A stretch of 64,000 bases of DNA from Planctomycetota bacterium (lineage in GTDB: Bacteria > Planctomycetota > UBA1135 > UBA2386): contig VGXW01000001.1 in the NCBI GenBank assembly GCA_016873195.1, positions 4,645-68,644 on the forward strand, read 5' to 3'. Position numbers and translations under genes: made by a program. Shown piece after piece: positions 34,672 through 44,232 of this stretch. Positions within the stretch are counted from its first letter, which is position 1. Every line of letters begins with the position of its first letter. The notes below the pieces were generated by a model, which saw only the letters and a program-made list of their open reading frames with translations, was not told the origin of the DNA and searched no databases.

Positions 34672-36021
34672 GTGAGCCGCGACGCCATCCCCGATCCCGC
34701 CCTGCACGCGACGAGGCGCCAGCGCCTGCTCGACCGCCTCGGCGACGGGCTGCTGCTGCTGCCGACCGCGCCCGAGACGCTGCGCAACGGCGACGTGCTG
34801 CACGAGTACCGCCCGGGCAGCGACTTCCACTTCCTGACCGGGTTCCCCGAGCCCGAGGCCGTGCTGGTCGCCTGCCGCACCGCGCGCGGGCGCCACCGCA
34901 GCCTGCTGTTCGTGCGGCCGCGCGACAAGGCCCGCGAGACCTGGGACGGCCGGCGCTGCGGCACGGCCGGGGCGAAGCGGGTCTTCGGCGTCGACGCGGC
35001 GCACCCGCTCGGCGAACTGTGGCAGGAGCTGCCGAAGCTGCTGCACGGGCAGCCGCGCCTGTTCTTCCGCCTCGGCGCCGACGCGGCGTTCGACCGCCGG
35101 CTGCTCGACCTGTTCGCGGCGCAGGCGAAGAAGCACAAGAAGCGCCAGCCCCCGGCGCACCCGGCGATCGAGGATCCGGTGCCCGCGATCGCCGCGCTGC
35201 GGCTGGCCAAGGACCGCGCGGAGCTCGACGCGATGCGCGTCGCGACCGCGATCACCGCCGCGGGGCACAGGGCCGCGATGGCATGGGCCCGCCCGGGGCT
35301 GCGCGAGTACGAGGTGCAGGCCGCGCTCGAGGCGGAGTTCCGCCGGCTCGGCAGCCCGCGCAACGGCTACCCGTCGATCGTCGCGAGCGGGTCGAACGCG
35401 TGCATCCTGCACTACCACGAGAACGACCGCACGCTGCGCGCCGGCGACCTGCTGCTGGTCGACGCGGGTGCCGAGTTCGCGGGCAGCACGGGCGACATCA
35501 CGCGGACGTTCCCGGTGTCGGGGCGATTCACCGCGGCGCAGGCGGCGGTCTACACGGTGGTGCTGCGCGCGCAGCTCGCGGGCATCCGCGCGTGCCGGAG
35601 GGGCGCGCCGTCCGACGCGCCGCACAAGGCCTGCGTGCGGGCGCTGACGCGCGGCCTCGTCGAACTCGGCGTGCTGCGCGGCGACGTGGCGCGGCTCGTG
35701 CGCAAGGAGAAGTACAAGCCGTGGTACATGCACGGCAGCAGCCACTGGCTCGGCCGCGACGTGCACGACGTCGGCGCCTACCAGGACGGCGACGACCACC
35801 CCGAACCGCTGCCCGCGGGCGCGGTGCTGACCGTCGAACCGGGCCTCTACCTCGGCCGCCTCGATCGCAAGGTGCCGCGCGAACTGCGCGGCATCGGCGT
35901 GCGCATCGAGGACGACGTGCTGGTCACGGCGCGCGGTCCCGAGGTGCTGACCGCCGCGGCGCCGAAGACGATCCGCGACGTGCAGGCTGCCTGCGGCCCC
36001 GGTCAGCAGTCGCGCCGGTAG
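34672..36021 (+). CDS. pepP: Xaa-Pro aminopeptidase (M24B)
   Basis: ILHYHENDRTLRAGDLLLVDAGAEFAGSTGDITRTFPVSGRF...SHWLGRDVHD...VLTVEPGLY...GVRIEDDVLVT are the metal-ligand motifs of M24B. The start is GTG. Confidence 0.85.
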   Translation: MSRDAIPDPALHATRRQRLLDRLGDGLLLLPTAPETLRNGDVLHEYRPGSDFHFLTGFPEPEAVLVACRTARGRHRSLLFVRPRDKARETWDGRRCGTAGAKRVFGVDAAHPLGELWQELPKLLHGQPRLFFRLGADAAFDRRLLDLFAAQAKKHKKRQPPAHPAIEDPVPAIAALRLAKDRAELDAMRVATAITAAGHRAAMAWARPGLREYEVQAALEAEFRRLGSPRNGYPSIVASGSNACILHYHENDRTLRAGDLLLVDAGAEFAGSTGDITRTFPVSGRFTAAQAAVYTVVLRAQLAGIRACRRGAPSDAPHKACVRALTRGLVELGVLRGDVARLVRKEKYKPWYMHGSSHWLGRDVHDVGAYQDGDDHPEPLPAGAVLTVEPGLYLGRLDRKVPRELRGIGVRIEDDVLVTARGPEVLTAAAPKTIRDVQAACGPGQQSRR

Positions 36022-37724
36022 CGGTCCCACATGCGCTCGGCGAACGGGCTGAAGGCGCGCGTCCAGCCGTGCTTCGGCTCGATCTGCAGGTAGCGGTCGA
36101 CGTAGTCGAACAGCGCCTCGTGCCCCCATGCCTCGCGCAGGCCCATCAACCGCGCCGCGAGCACGTAGCCGAGCCAGGCGTTCGCCGTGCAGCAGCGCCG
36201 GTACGGATCGGCGGTCCAGGCCTTGCGGTCGTGCCGCGGATCGTCGGCGTGGCGGTTGCCCCACTCCGGCAGGCCGACGTCCTCCGCGCCGTAGCCGCCG
36301 TGGCCGTGGTCGAAGACGCCGGGCGCGGTCTCGGCGACGTAGAACGTCTGCACGTCCTCGGCGAACGCCAGCGGGTGGTCGCGCAGCGTGGCGGACAGCG
36401 CCTCGTCCTGCAGCAGCGCCGCGGCGAGCAGCAGCGGGAACTTGCGGCCGCTGCCGCTGCCGCCGTCGGCGACGAACCGGCCGCCGTTGCCGACGATGCC
36501 GTGCACGTCGATGCCGTACTGCACCAGGGCCAGCGCGAGGTCGCGTCTGGCCGCGTCGGGCAGGTCGAGCTGCAACACGAGCGCGGCCTGGCCGACCAGG
36601 TCGGCGATCTCGCGGCCGTAGTCGGGCATGTGGTCGCGCGGGTGCAGGTAGCGCCCGGTCCAGCCCGGCACGTGGTCGAGCCAGGTGCGCGCGAACCGCT
36701 GCGCGAGCGCGGCTGGATCCGGCGCGCCGGCGACGGGCGGCAGTCGCCGCAGCCGCGTGAGGTCCAGCCGCCCGGCGCGCCAGCGACAGGTCTTGTCGGC
36801 GCCGCAGTAGGGCGGCCGGAACGCGTCCGCGGGCGGCGCCTCGGCGAGGCAGGTCAGGACCGCGCAGCCGATCAGCTGCGGCAGGGCGCCGGCGGCCGGG
36901 TCGCTGATCGCCGAGACCAGCGACGTGCCGGGCAGCAGGCGCAGCGGGCGTTCGCGCGACACGCCGTGCGCGACGTCGAGCGCCCGGTCGAAGCCGCCGG
37001 CGGCGCCGTCGCCGAACATCGCGCTGTCGTAGCCCTGCCGTTCGCAACGCGGGTCGGGGTTCGACATCGAGCCGTTGCGCAGCCGCTCGCCGTCGGCCCT
37101 CGCGGCCGGCGCGATCGCGACGACGTCGACCGGGCCCAGCACCCAGGGGTCGCCGTTGGCGAACCGGCCGTTCGCGGCGGGTTCGCGCAGCGTCCAGGTC
37201 ACGCCGTGCCGTTCGAGCAGCGCGGACGGGCTGCCGCCGGTGCGCTCGTCGCCGGAGCCGGTTGCCGCGCCCGGCGCAGCCGCGTCGGCGCCGATGCGCA
37301 CGCCGTCGCTCGTCACGGGCAGGCTCCGGTTGCCGGCGAGGTCGGTCGCACGCACGCTGACGAACAGCGTCTGGTCGCCGGGCAGCTCGACGCCCTCGGT
37401 GGCCGCGCGCTCGGCCCCGCCGACGGCGGTCCAGGGCATCACGTCCGCCGCTCCAGGATGCGTGCCGACGCACCACTCGTAGACCACCGGCAGGCCCTCG
37501 GGATCGACGAACGGATCCCAGTTCGCGAACAGCGCACCGCGCGACTCCTGGCGGTCGACGTCGGCGCCGATGCCGTCGCGCACGGCGGCCGGCGCCGGTG
37601 GGGCATCCGGCGGGCGATGCAGGTCGCCGGGCGCGGGCGCGCTGCAGCCGGCGAGCAGCAGCAGCCCGACCGCGGACCGGGCGCGGGCCGGCCGCGGCGG
37701 CTTCTCGAGCTGGATGCCGGGCAT
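36003..37724 (-). CDS. Large lipoprotein of unknown function, divergent from the EPS locus
   Basis: ATG 37724 (AGGA 8 nt upstream) lies inside a 1193-aa artefactual ORF. Lipobox LLLLAGC. The mature 540 aa are non-low-complexity, with no motif I can assign. Confidence 0.6.
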   Translation of the reverse strand: MPGIQLEKPPRPARARSAVGLLLLAGCSAPAPGDLHRPPDAPPAPAAVRDGIGADVDRQESRGALFANWDPFVDPEGLPVVYEWCVGTHPGAADVMPWTAVGGAERAATEGVELPGDQTLFVSVRATDLAGNRSLPVTSDGVRIGADAAAPGAATGSGDERTGGSPSALLERHGVTWTLREPAANGRFANGDPWVLGPVDVVAIAPAARADGERLRNGSMSNPDPRCERQGYDSAMFGDGAAGGFDRALDVAHGVSRERPLRLLPGTSLVSAISDPAAGALPQLIGCAVLTCLAEAPPADAFRPPYCGADKTCRWRAGRLDLTRLRRLPPVAGAPDPAALAQRFARTWLDHVPGWTGRYLHPRDHMPDYGREIADLVGQAALVLQLDLPDAARRDLALALVQYGIDVHGIVGNGGRFVADGGSGSGRKFPLLLAAALLQDEALSATLRDHPLAFAEDVQTFYVAETAPGVFDHGHGGYGAEDVGLPEWGNRHADDPRHDRKAWTADPYRRCCTANAWLGYVLAARLMGLREAWGHEALFDYVDRYLQIEPKHGWTRAFSPFAERMWDRYRRDC

Positions 37725-37976
37725 GCGATCGTCCTGGAGTCGGGTGGTCATCGGGACACGGCCGGCCGGGCCTTGAGGCGCTCGCGGCAGCGCCCGGGCC
37801 GGGATCCGGAGCGTGGTCCAGGTTACAGAAGTCCGCGGCCCTGGCGTGCCGAAAGAACCTCGCGACCGGCGCCACTGCTGCGCGAACGCCGCGTCGGATA
37901 GGATCCGCGGCCCGCGGGCACGGTCGCCGCACCGGGCCGGGACACGGTGGAACCCGGCCGGGAGCCGGGTGCAGAC

Positions 37977-39611
37977 ATGACGAAGAACCTCGCTGACGAA
38001 CTGCAGTTCACGGCCCGGCAGGCGATGACGGGCCTGCACCCGTTGCCGCAAGGGGAGGAGCCCGGCGGCCTGCCGTTGCGCAAGCTGTTGGCGGCGGTCT
38101 TCCGCTCGCGCTACCTCGTGTTCGGCACCACGCTGTTCGGCCTGCTGGTCGGCGCGTTCCTGGCGATCACGACGGCGAACTCCTACGTGAGCACCGGCAC
38201 GTTCCGCTTCACGGGTTCCGGCGCCGAGGTCTCGGACATCGACCCGACGCGCGCGACGCAGACGAGCCTGGAGGCGATCGGCACGACCGCGACCTACATC
38301 CTGGGCACGCCGGGCCTGCTGAGCCGCGTCGTCGACCGGCTGGGTCCCGCGCGCATCCTCGCGCCGTACCGGCCCGGCACGCCCGGCGCATCGGGCGTGC
38401 GGTCGTTCTTCTACGCGATCCAGCGCGACTGGAACGCGACCCGATCCGAGGACGTGTCGCCCGAAGAGGCGCTGAAGTGCCTGCAGCGGACCCTGTCGAT
38501 CGAACGCCCGCGCTTCACCGACGTGCTGGTCGCGACGTGCCGGGCCAACGACCCGCGGCTCGCCCAGGAGGTCCTCTCCGTCTACATGGCCGAGGCGATC
38601 AAGTGGCACATCGAGAAGTACGACGACCCGAAGGCCTACGAGGAGCTGCGCAAGGCGGTCGACGACGCGCGCCAGCGGCTCGACGCGGCGCAGCGCGCGC
38701 TGCAGGACTTCCGCGACCTCGAGGCCGGCGTGCAGGACTTCGAGAGCGAACTGCGCCGCCTCAGGGAGGACGAGAGCGACGCGCTCGGCGATCGCACGCG
38801 GCACGAGGCGGAACTGAGCCAGAAGCGGGCGATGGTCGAGGCGCTGCGGGAGCAGCTCGACCAGGTCAAGGGCACGCTGCCGCGCTACGTGATCGAACAC
38901 AAGAAGCCCGACCCGACGCGCGAGATCGACGAGTACACGGCGCGCAAGATCGACCTGAACCTCGAGCTGAAGCGGTTGCAGAGCGAGGGCCGGCGCGACA
39001 CCGCGGACAAGGAGCGGCAGATCCAGGCGATCGACGCGGAGATCGCGCGCATCAAGAAGCAGGCGGCCGAAGCGGAGCCGATCCCCGAACAGGTCGAGAA
39101 CCCCGACTGGCGCCGTGCGACCGTCACGCTCGGCGAACTGCAGACCGAGGTCCGCCTGCTGGCGGCGCAGCTCGCGCAGATGACCAAGGACCGCGAGACG
39201 GCGAGCAAACGGCTCGAGCGCATGATCGGCCTCGAGCCGCAGTACCTGAAGCTGCGCGACGCGCGCCTCGCCGCCGACGACGCGCTGAAGCTGTCGCTCG
39301 ACGCCTGGCAGGTGGCGCAGCAGAAGCGCGCGCTGAGCCAGGGCCTGTTCAGCTCGCTGAAGGAGGTCGAGCCGGCCTCGCTGCCGCTCGAGAAGGAGGG
39401 ACCCAACCGCGGCAGGCTGCTGCTCGGCGGCCTGATGGTCGGGCTGTTCCTCGGGCTCGGTCTCGTCGTGCTGCGCGCGTTGCCCGACACCGTGGTGCGC
39501 ACGCGCGAGAACCTCGAGCGCATCGAGGGCCTGCAGGTGATCGGCGTGATGCCGCGGCTCGACGGCCGGAACCTGAAGCGGCACCGGTTGCTGCGCGAGC
39601 GAGGCTGGTGA
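37977..39611 (+). CDS. Polysaccharide co-polymerase / chain-length determinant (Wzz/GumC-like PCP)
   Basis: N-terminal TM (YLVFGTTLFGLLVGAFLAI), a long periplasmic coiled-coil region rich in E/R/K/L, and a C-terminal TM (LLLGGLMVGLFLGLGLVVL). Confidence 0.75.
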   Translation: MTKNLADELQFTARQAMTGLHPLPQGEEPGGLPLRKLLAAVFRSRYLVFGTTLFGLLVGAFLAITTANSYVSTGTFRFTGSGAEVSDIDPTRATQTSLEAIGTTATYILGTPGLLSRVVDRLGPARILAPYRPGTPGASGVRSFFYAIQRDWNATRSEDVSPEEALKCLQRTLSIERPRFTDVLVATCRANDPRLAQEVLSVYMAEAIKWHIEKYDDPKAYEELRKAVDDARQRLDAAQRALQDFRDLEAGVQDFESELRRLREDESDALGDRTRHEAELSQKRAMVEALREQLDQVKGTLPRYVIEHKKPDPTREIDEYTARKIDLNLELKRLQSEGRRDTADKERQIQAIDAEIARIKKQAAEAEPIPEQVENPDWRRATVTLGELQTEVRLLAAQLAQMTKDRETASKRLERMIGLEPQYLKLRDARLAADDALKLSLDAWQVAQQKRALSQGLFSSLKEVEPASLPLEKEGPNRGRLLLGGLMVGLFLGLGLVVLRALPDTVVRTRENLERIEGLQVIGVMPRLDGRNLKRHRLLRERGW

Positions 39612-39613
39612 CC

Positions 39614-40279
39614 ATGGGCGACGTCATCGCGAGACACGACCCGAAGAGCCGGAGGTCCGAGGTCATCGCGACCGAACTCGGCTACCTGTGGTCCAACCTG
39701 CTGCAGCGCGGCGTGGTCGAGACGCACCGCGCGATCGGCTTCTGCGCGATCGGCGACGACGAGGGGTCCAACACGCTCGCGGCGAACCTGGCGCTGTTCC
39801 TCGGCAGCAGGGGCCGGCGCGTCGCGCTGGTCGAGGCGACCCTGCGCGCACCGGCCCTCGCCGGCATCTTCCAGGCGACGCCGTCGCCCGGGCTCGCCGA
39901 GGTGCTCGCCGGCAAGGCCGTGCTGCGCGACGCGCTGCGGCTCGAGGTGGCCGCGGGGGTCGATCTGGTCGCGGCCGGCGACGGGGCCGATCCGTTCTGG
40001 TGTTTCACCGGCGATCGCTTCCGCGCGGTGGTCCAGGAACTGCTCGCCGACCGCGAACTGTGCCTCGTCGACGTGCCGGGCCTCAACCGCGCGCCGGAGG
40101 CGGACTTCGTCGTGCGCGCGCTCGACGCCGTCGTGCTCGTCGTCGAGGCGAACCGCCACCACGCCGACGTCGTGCAGCGCAACATCACGTTCCTGCGGTC
40201 GCTGGGCACGCCGGTGCTCGGCTCGGTCGTCAACGACCTCGTGCACGAGATCCCGACCATCGTGCAGAAGCTCATGTAG
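39614..40279 (+). CDS. BY-kinase-like (CpsD/CapB/Wzc C-terminal) P-loop protein with degenerate Walker motifs
   Basis: Overall MinD/BY-kinase layout (AIGFCAIGDDEGSNTLAANLALFLGSRGRRVALVEATLRAP...LCLVDVPG). Walker A reads G-D-D-E-G-S-N-T, with Asn where Lys is expected. There is no C-terminal Tyr cluster. Confidence 0.7.
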   Translation: MGDVIARHDPKSRRSEVIATELGYLWSNLLQRGVVETHRAIGFCAIGDDEGSNTLAANLALFLGSRGRRVALVEATLRAPALAGIFQATPSPGLAEVLAGKAVLRDALRLEVAAGVDLVAAGDGADPFWCFTGDRFRAVVQELLADRELCLVDVPGLNRAPEADFVVRALDAVVLVVEANRHHADVVQRNITFLRSLGTPVLGSVVNDLVHEIPTIVQKLM

Positions 40280-40309
40280 CGCCGTGGCGGGCTGCGCTAC
40301 AACGCGGCC

Positions 40310-41836
40310 GTGACCGCCAGGCCCACCAGCGCCGACGCCGTGCCGGACGGCCTGGCCCTCGGCTTCGACGTCACCGCGTGGTACCAGGATCCGGCCTTCG
40401 CGCCGCACCTGTCGCGGCGCCACTGGCGCAGGCTGCCGGCGCGGCTCGCCGAGGGCGTCGGGCAGGCGCTCGCGGCGTGCCGCCGCCACGGTTCGCGCGC
40501 GACGTTCTTCGTGTCGGGCGAGGTGGCGGAGGGGTCGCCGGACCTGGTGCGCGCGATCGCCGCCGCCGGCCACGAGGTGGGGCTTGCGGGGCCCGAACCG
40601 TGCGACCTCGCCGGGCTCGCCGCCGCAGACCGCGCGGTCTGGCTCGACCGGTGCGAACGCACGCGGCGCCGGCTCGAGGCGCTCGCCGGAGCCGCCGTGC
40701 GCGGTTTTCGCGCGCCGTGGCCGGTGGCCGCTGGCGGCGCGTGGTGGCGCGCGGCGATGGCCGGCCCGGGCTGCCGGTACGACGCCACGGAAGTGGCCGA
40801 CGGTTCGGCGCCGCCCGGCCAGCTCGTGGTCGCGGCCCACGGAATCGCCGGCCCGGGGGCCGCGCGTTGCGTGCCGACCTGGGCGCTCGATGCGGGCCAG
40901 CCGCGGCTCGTGGGCCTGCCGCGCGCGGTGCTGCGGGGGCACCGCAAGGTGATCGCGGCCGTCGGCGGGGGCCTCGAACGCCTGCTCGCAACCGGTTCCC
41001 CGCGGCCGTTCGCGGCAGCACTCGGGCTGCCGGCCGCGCTGCCTGCCGCGCCCGATCCGCCGCCCGCTCCGCCGCCCGCCCCGCTGCCCGCCGCAACCGC
41101 TCCACCGCCCGCTCCGCGCCCGGACCTGCCAGAACTCGCGGTGGTCGTGCCGCTCAAGGACGAGGAGCCGGGTCTGCCATCGCTCGCGGTGGAGCTCGAC
41201 GCGCTCGCGGCGCGGCTCACCCCGCTCGTGCGCACGGGGTTCGTGCTCGTCGACGACGGCAGCACCGACCGCACCTGGCCGATGCTGCAGGAACTGTTCG
41301 GCTCGCGGAGCGACGTGCGGCTCGTGCGGCACGAGCGGAACCTCGGCGTCGCGGCGGCGATCCGCACCGGCCTCGGCGCGACCGCTGCGCCGCTCGCGGC
41401 CTCGATCGACGGCGACCTGTCCTACGATCCGGCCGAGCTCGAGCACATGCTGCCGCTGCTGGAGGGCGCCGACGTCGTGACGGCGTCGCCGTACCACGCG
41501 CGCGGCGGCGTGCGCCACGTGCCGCCCTGGCGCCTGCTGCTGTCGCGCGCGCTGTCGCGCTGCTACCGGTGGCTGCTGCGCAGCGACGTGCGCACGTGGA
41601 CGAGCTGCTTCCGGCTCTACCGGCGCGCCGCCGTGGCCGACCTGCCGCTCGAACACCCGGGCTTCCTGGGCACGGCCGAGTGGCTCGTGCGCGTGCTGCG
41701 GCGCGGCGGCGTGGTGCGCGAGCATCCGTGCGTGCTCGAGGCGAGGCTGTTCGGCGTCTCGAAGATGAAGGTGCTGCGCACGATCTGCGGCCACCTGCGC
41801 CTGTTGTGGCAGGTGCTGCGCGGCCGGATCAGCTGA
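40310..41836 (+). CDS. Fusion protein: polysaccharide deacetylase-like N-domain + family-2 glycosyltransferase
   Basis: N-terminal: GSRATFFVSGEVAEGSPDLVRAIAAAGHEVGLAG...RGFRAP (CE4-like). This is followed by a Pro/Ala linker (PAAPDPPPAPPPAPLPAATAPPPAP). GT2: LAVVVPLKDEE...VLVDDGSTDRT...DGDLSYDP. The start is GTG. Confidence 0.7.
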   Translation: MTARPTSADAVPDGLALGFDVTAWYQDPAFAPHLSRRHWRRLPARLAEGVGQALAACRRHGSRATFFVSGEVAEGSPDLVRAIAAAGHEVGLAGPEPCDLAGLAAADRAVWLDRCERTRRRLEALAGAAVRGFRAPWPVAAGGAWWRAAMAGPGCRYDATEVADGSAPPGQLVVAAHGIAGPGAARCVPTWALDAGQPRLVGLPRAVLRGHRKVIAAVGGGLERLLATGSPRPFAAALGLPAALPAAPDPPPAPPPAPLPAATAPPPAPRPDLPELAVVVPLKDEEPGLPSLAVELDALAARLTPLVRTGFVLVDDGSTDRTWPMLQELFGSRSDVRLVRHERNLGVAAAIRTGLGATAAPLAASIDGDLSYDPAELEHMLPLLEGADVVTASPYHARGGVRHVPPWRLLLSRALSRCYRWLLRSDVRTWTSCFRLYRRAAVADLPLEHPGFLGTAEWLVRVLRRGGVVREHPCVLEARLFGVSKMKVLRTICGHLRLLWQVLRGRIS

Positions 41837-42797
41837 ACCCCGCGCCGGGTGCTCCGCGCAGGTCGGGCACCTCGCGCGGCCGGCGACACAGTTCGCCGAC
41901 GCAGCCGGGGCGCGCCAGCCGCCGCAGTGCTGCCGCGTAGAGCCCCGCCCGATCGCGCCGGCCGACCAGCGCCGCGACCGCCCAGACGCACCAGCGCAGC
42001 AGCATGCCGAGCACGAGGCAGGCGCGGACCCACTCGGTCCAGCCCCGGCCGTGCCAGGCGGCGTGGTAGAGCAGGCAGCTCTCGCGGAAGGCCACGAACG
42101 TGCGTTCGGCGGCCTGCGCGGCGCTGAGCCCGCCCGCGTGCACGAAGCACGGCTCGGACAGCCAGCGCACGCGGTGGCCCGCGGCGCGCACGCGTTCGCA
42201 GAAGTCGGCCTCCTCGAAGTACATGAAGAACCGTTCGTCGAAGCCGCCGACCTCGCGCAGCACGGCGCCGCGGATCAGGAACACGCAGCCGCTGACGTTG
42301 TCGACGTCGGCAGCCGCCGCCGGCGCGCGGGCGCTCACGAGCAGGTCGAGGCCCAGCGCCCGCGGCAGGTAGTGGCGCGGCAGATGCTGCTGCCACGTGC
42401 TCCGCTGGCCCCGCCCGCACTCGTCGACGATGCGCGGCCCGAACACGGCGGCGCCGGGCTCCCGATCGGCCGCCGCGAGCAGTGCCTGCAGCGCGGGCCA
42501 CGTCGCCTCGGCGTCGGTGTTGAGCAGCAGCACCCAGCGACCGCGCGCGCGCTCGAGGCCGCGGTTGACGCCGTAGGCGAACCCGCCGTTGCGCGGCTGC
42601 GGCAGCACGATCGCGGCGGGGAACGCCGCGCGCGCAGCCGCGGCGCTGCCATCGCCGCTGTCGTTGTCGACCACGATCAGCTCGCACGGGAGCGGCGGGT
42701 CCGGCAGCAGGCGCCCGAGCAGGGCCAGCAGCAGGTCGCGCGTGTTCCAGTTCACGACGACGATCGAGAGCTCCGGCGATCGCGCGGCGGCGGTCAT
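41829..42797 (-). CDS. Family-2 glycosyltransferase
   Basis: LSIVVVNWNTRDLL...LIVVDNDSGDGS...NGGFAYGVNRG...LLLNTDAE. Confidence 0.8.
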   Translation of the reverse strand: MTAAARSPELSIVVVNWNTRDLLLALLGRLLPDPPLPCELIVVDNDSGDGSAAAARAAFPAAIVLPQPRNGGFAYGVNRGLERARGRWVLLLNTDAEATWPALQALLAAADREPGAAVFGPRIVDECGRGQRSTWQQHLPRHYLPRALGLDLLVSARAPAAAADVDNVSGCVFLIRGAVLREVGGFDERFFMYFEEADFCERVRAAGHRVRWLSEPCFVHAGGLSAAQAAERTFVAFRESCLLYHAAWHGRGWTEWVRACLVLGMLLRWCVWAVAALVGRRDRAGLYAAALRRLARPGCVGELCRRPREVPDLRGAPGAGFS

Positions 42798-42855
42798 CGG
42801 CGGGCAGCAGAGCGCACGCGCTGGCGCGGTGGAAGCTCGCGGCCGGGCTTCCTGG

Positions 42856-44232
42856 TCACATGCCCGTGCCCGACAGCACGGCGCGGAAGGTGTGTGCGAT
42901 CAGCTTGAGGTCGAGCCACAGCGACCAGTTGTCGATGTAGTAGAGGTCCATCTCGACCCAGCGCTTGAAGGACACGCGGTTGCGGCCCCAGACCTGCCAG
43001 ACGCACGTGAGCCCGGGCTTCACCGAGATGCGGCGGCGCTGCCACCACGAGTACTGCTCGACCTCGCTCGGGATCGGCGGCCGCGGGCCGACGAGGCTCA
43101 TGTCGCCGATCAGCACGTTGAGCAGCTGCGGCAGTTCGTCGAGGCTGAACTTGCGCAGCAGGCGGCCGACGGGGGTCACGCGCGGGTCCTTCGGGATCTT
43201 GAACGCGGGGCCGTCCTGCGTGCTGGCGCCGCGCAGCTGCTCCTGCTGCGCGTGGGCGCCGACGCGCATCGTGCGGAACTTGAAGCACGTGAAGTGCTCC
43301 CCGCTGCGGCCGACGCGCGTCTGGCGGTAGAACACCGGGCCGGGGCTCGTGAGCCTGACGGCCAGCGCGCAGCCGAGGAACACCGGCAGCAGCGCGGCGA
43401 GGCCGACCGTGGCCCCGACGAGGTCGATGGCGCGTTTGCCCAGCTGCGCGAACGTCTGGCTGGGTTCCGTCTCGAACGTGAGCCCGGTCTGGCTGCCGGT
43501 CCACGACAGGCCGACGCGCAGGTGGCGGAGATCCAGGAACGGCGGGAAGTAGCGGATGCCGAGGCCGATCGCGTCGCACGCGTCGAAGACGCGGTGCACT
43601 TCACCCGTGACGGCCCGGTCCGACGGGCAGACGAGCGCCAGGTCGAGGTGGCGACCCGCGAGAGTCTGTTCGAGGTCGCCGATCGCACCGATCGGCGCGA
43701 GCTGCGGCATCTCGGCCGGCTCCTCGCCCGTGAACGGCACACAGCCGACGAACTCCATGTCGCGTCGCACGTCGCGTCCCGAGATCAGTGCCCGCGCGCT
43801 GGCACTGGCGCCGATCACGAGAGTGCGCAGGCGGCCCGACGCATGTGCGATCGGCGACGCGAGCGCCGCGAGGCGCACCGCCGCCAGGGCCGCGACGCCG
43901 AGGCCGAACACGAGCCAGATGTGGAACGGCGGGCGGCTCAGGATCGAGGTGCCGAGCAGGCCGGCGACGCCCCATACGGTGGCCCAGGTCTCGAGCATCG
44001 CGCGGAACGCCGTGCGCCGGTTACGGCGTAGGGGAACGTGATAGGTTCCCAGCCGGTATGCCACGACCAGCCATACCGAACCGAACAGCGCCGCGTGCAT
44101 GGCTGCAGTGATCGCGACTTCGCGCGCCGGCTCAGGCCCGCTGGTGAGCATCCCGGCGCCTGCGAGGGCGGCGGTGATGGCTGCGAGGTCGGCAGCGACC
44201 AGGGCCATGCGGAGTGGGCGAGCGCGGGGCAT
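42856..44232 (-). CDS. Polyprenyl-phosphate sugar phosphotransferase (WcaJ/EpsL-type priming enzyme)
   Basis: N-terminal TM region plus a C-terminal bacterial sugar transferase domain (KRAIDLVGA...PVFYRQTRVGRSGEHFTCFKFRTM...LDELPQLLNVLIGDMSLVGPRP). Confidence 0.85.
   Translation of the reverse strand: MPRARPLRMALVAADLAAITAALAGAGMLTSGPEPAREVAITAAMHAALFGSVWLVVAYRLGTYHVPLRRNRRTAFRAMLETWATVWGVAGLLGTSILSRPPFHIWLVFGLGVAALAAVRLAALASPIAHASGRLRTLVIGASASARALISGRDVRRDMEFVGCVPFTGEEPAEMPQLAPIGAIGDLEQTLAGRHLDLALVCPSDRAVTGEVHRVFDACDAIGLGIRYFPPFLDLRHLRVGLSWTGSQTGLTFETEPSQTFAQLGKRAIDLVGATVGLAALLPVFLGCALAVRLTSPGPVFYRQTRVGRSGEHFTCFKFRTMRVGAHAQQEQLRGASTQDGPAFKIPKDPRVTPVGRLLRKFSLDELPQLLNVLIGDMSLVGPRPPIPSEVEQYSWWQRRRISVKPGLTCVWQVWGRNRVSFKRWVEMDLYYIDNWSLWLDLKLIAHTFRAVLSGTGM

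Noticed and set aside
37998-38009. Third copy of the palindrome GAACTGCAGTTC, inside the PCP gene (codes D-E-L-Q-F)
   Set aside because: The flanks share nothing with the 25-nt junction core. Similar words (for example ctgcagttcctcggc in ackA at about 11396-11410) arise from codon usage, so this is probably coincidence.
37725-39584. Upstream extension of minus ORF 36003..39584 (and similar long ORFs 34576..37932-, 34665..37901+, 38885..41794-)
   Set aside because: These are antisense or out of frame relative to the PCP, PepP and lipoprotein genes, which have TM, signal or motif support. A lipoprotein signal with an RBS at 37724 defines the real start.
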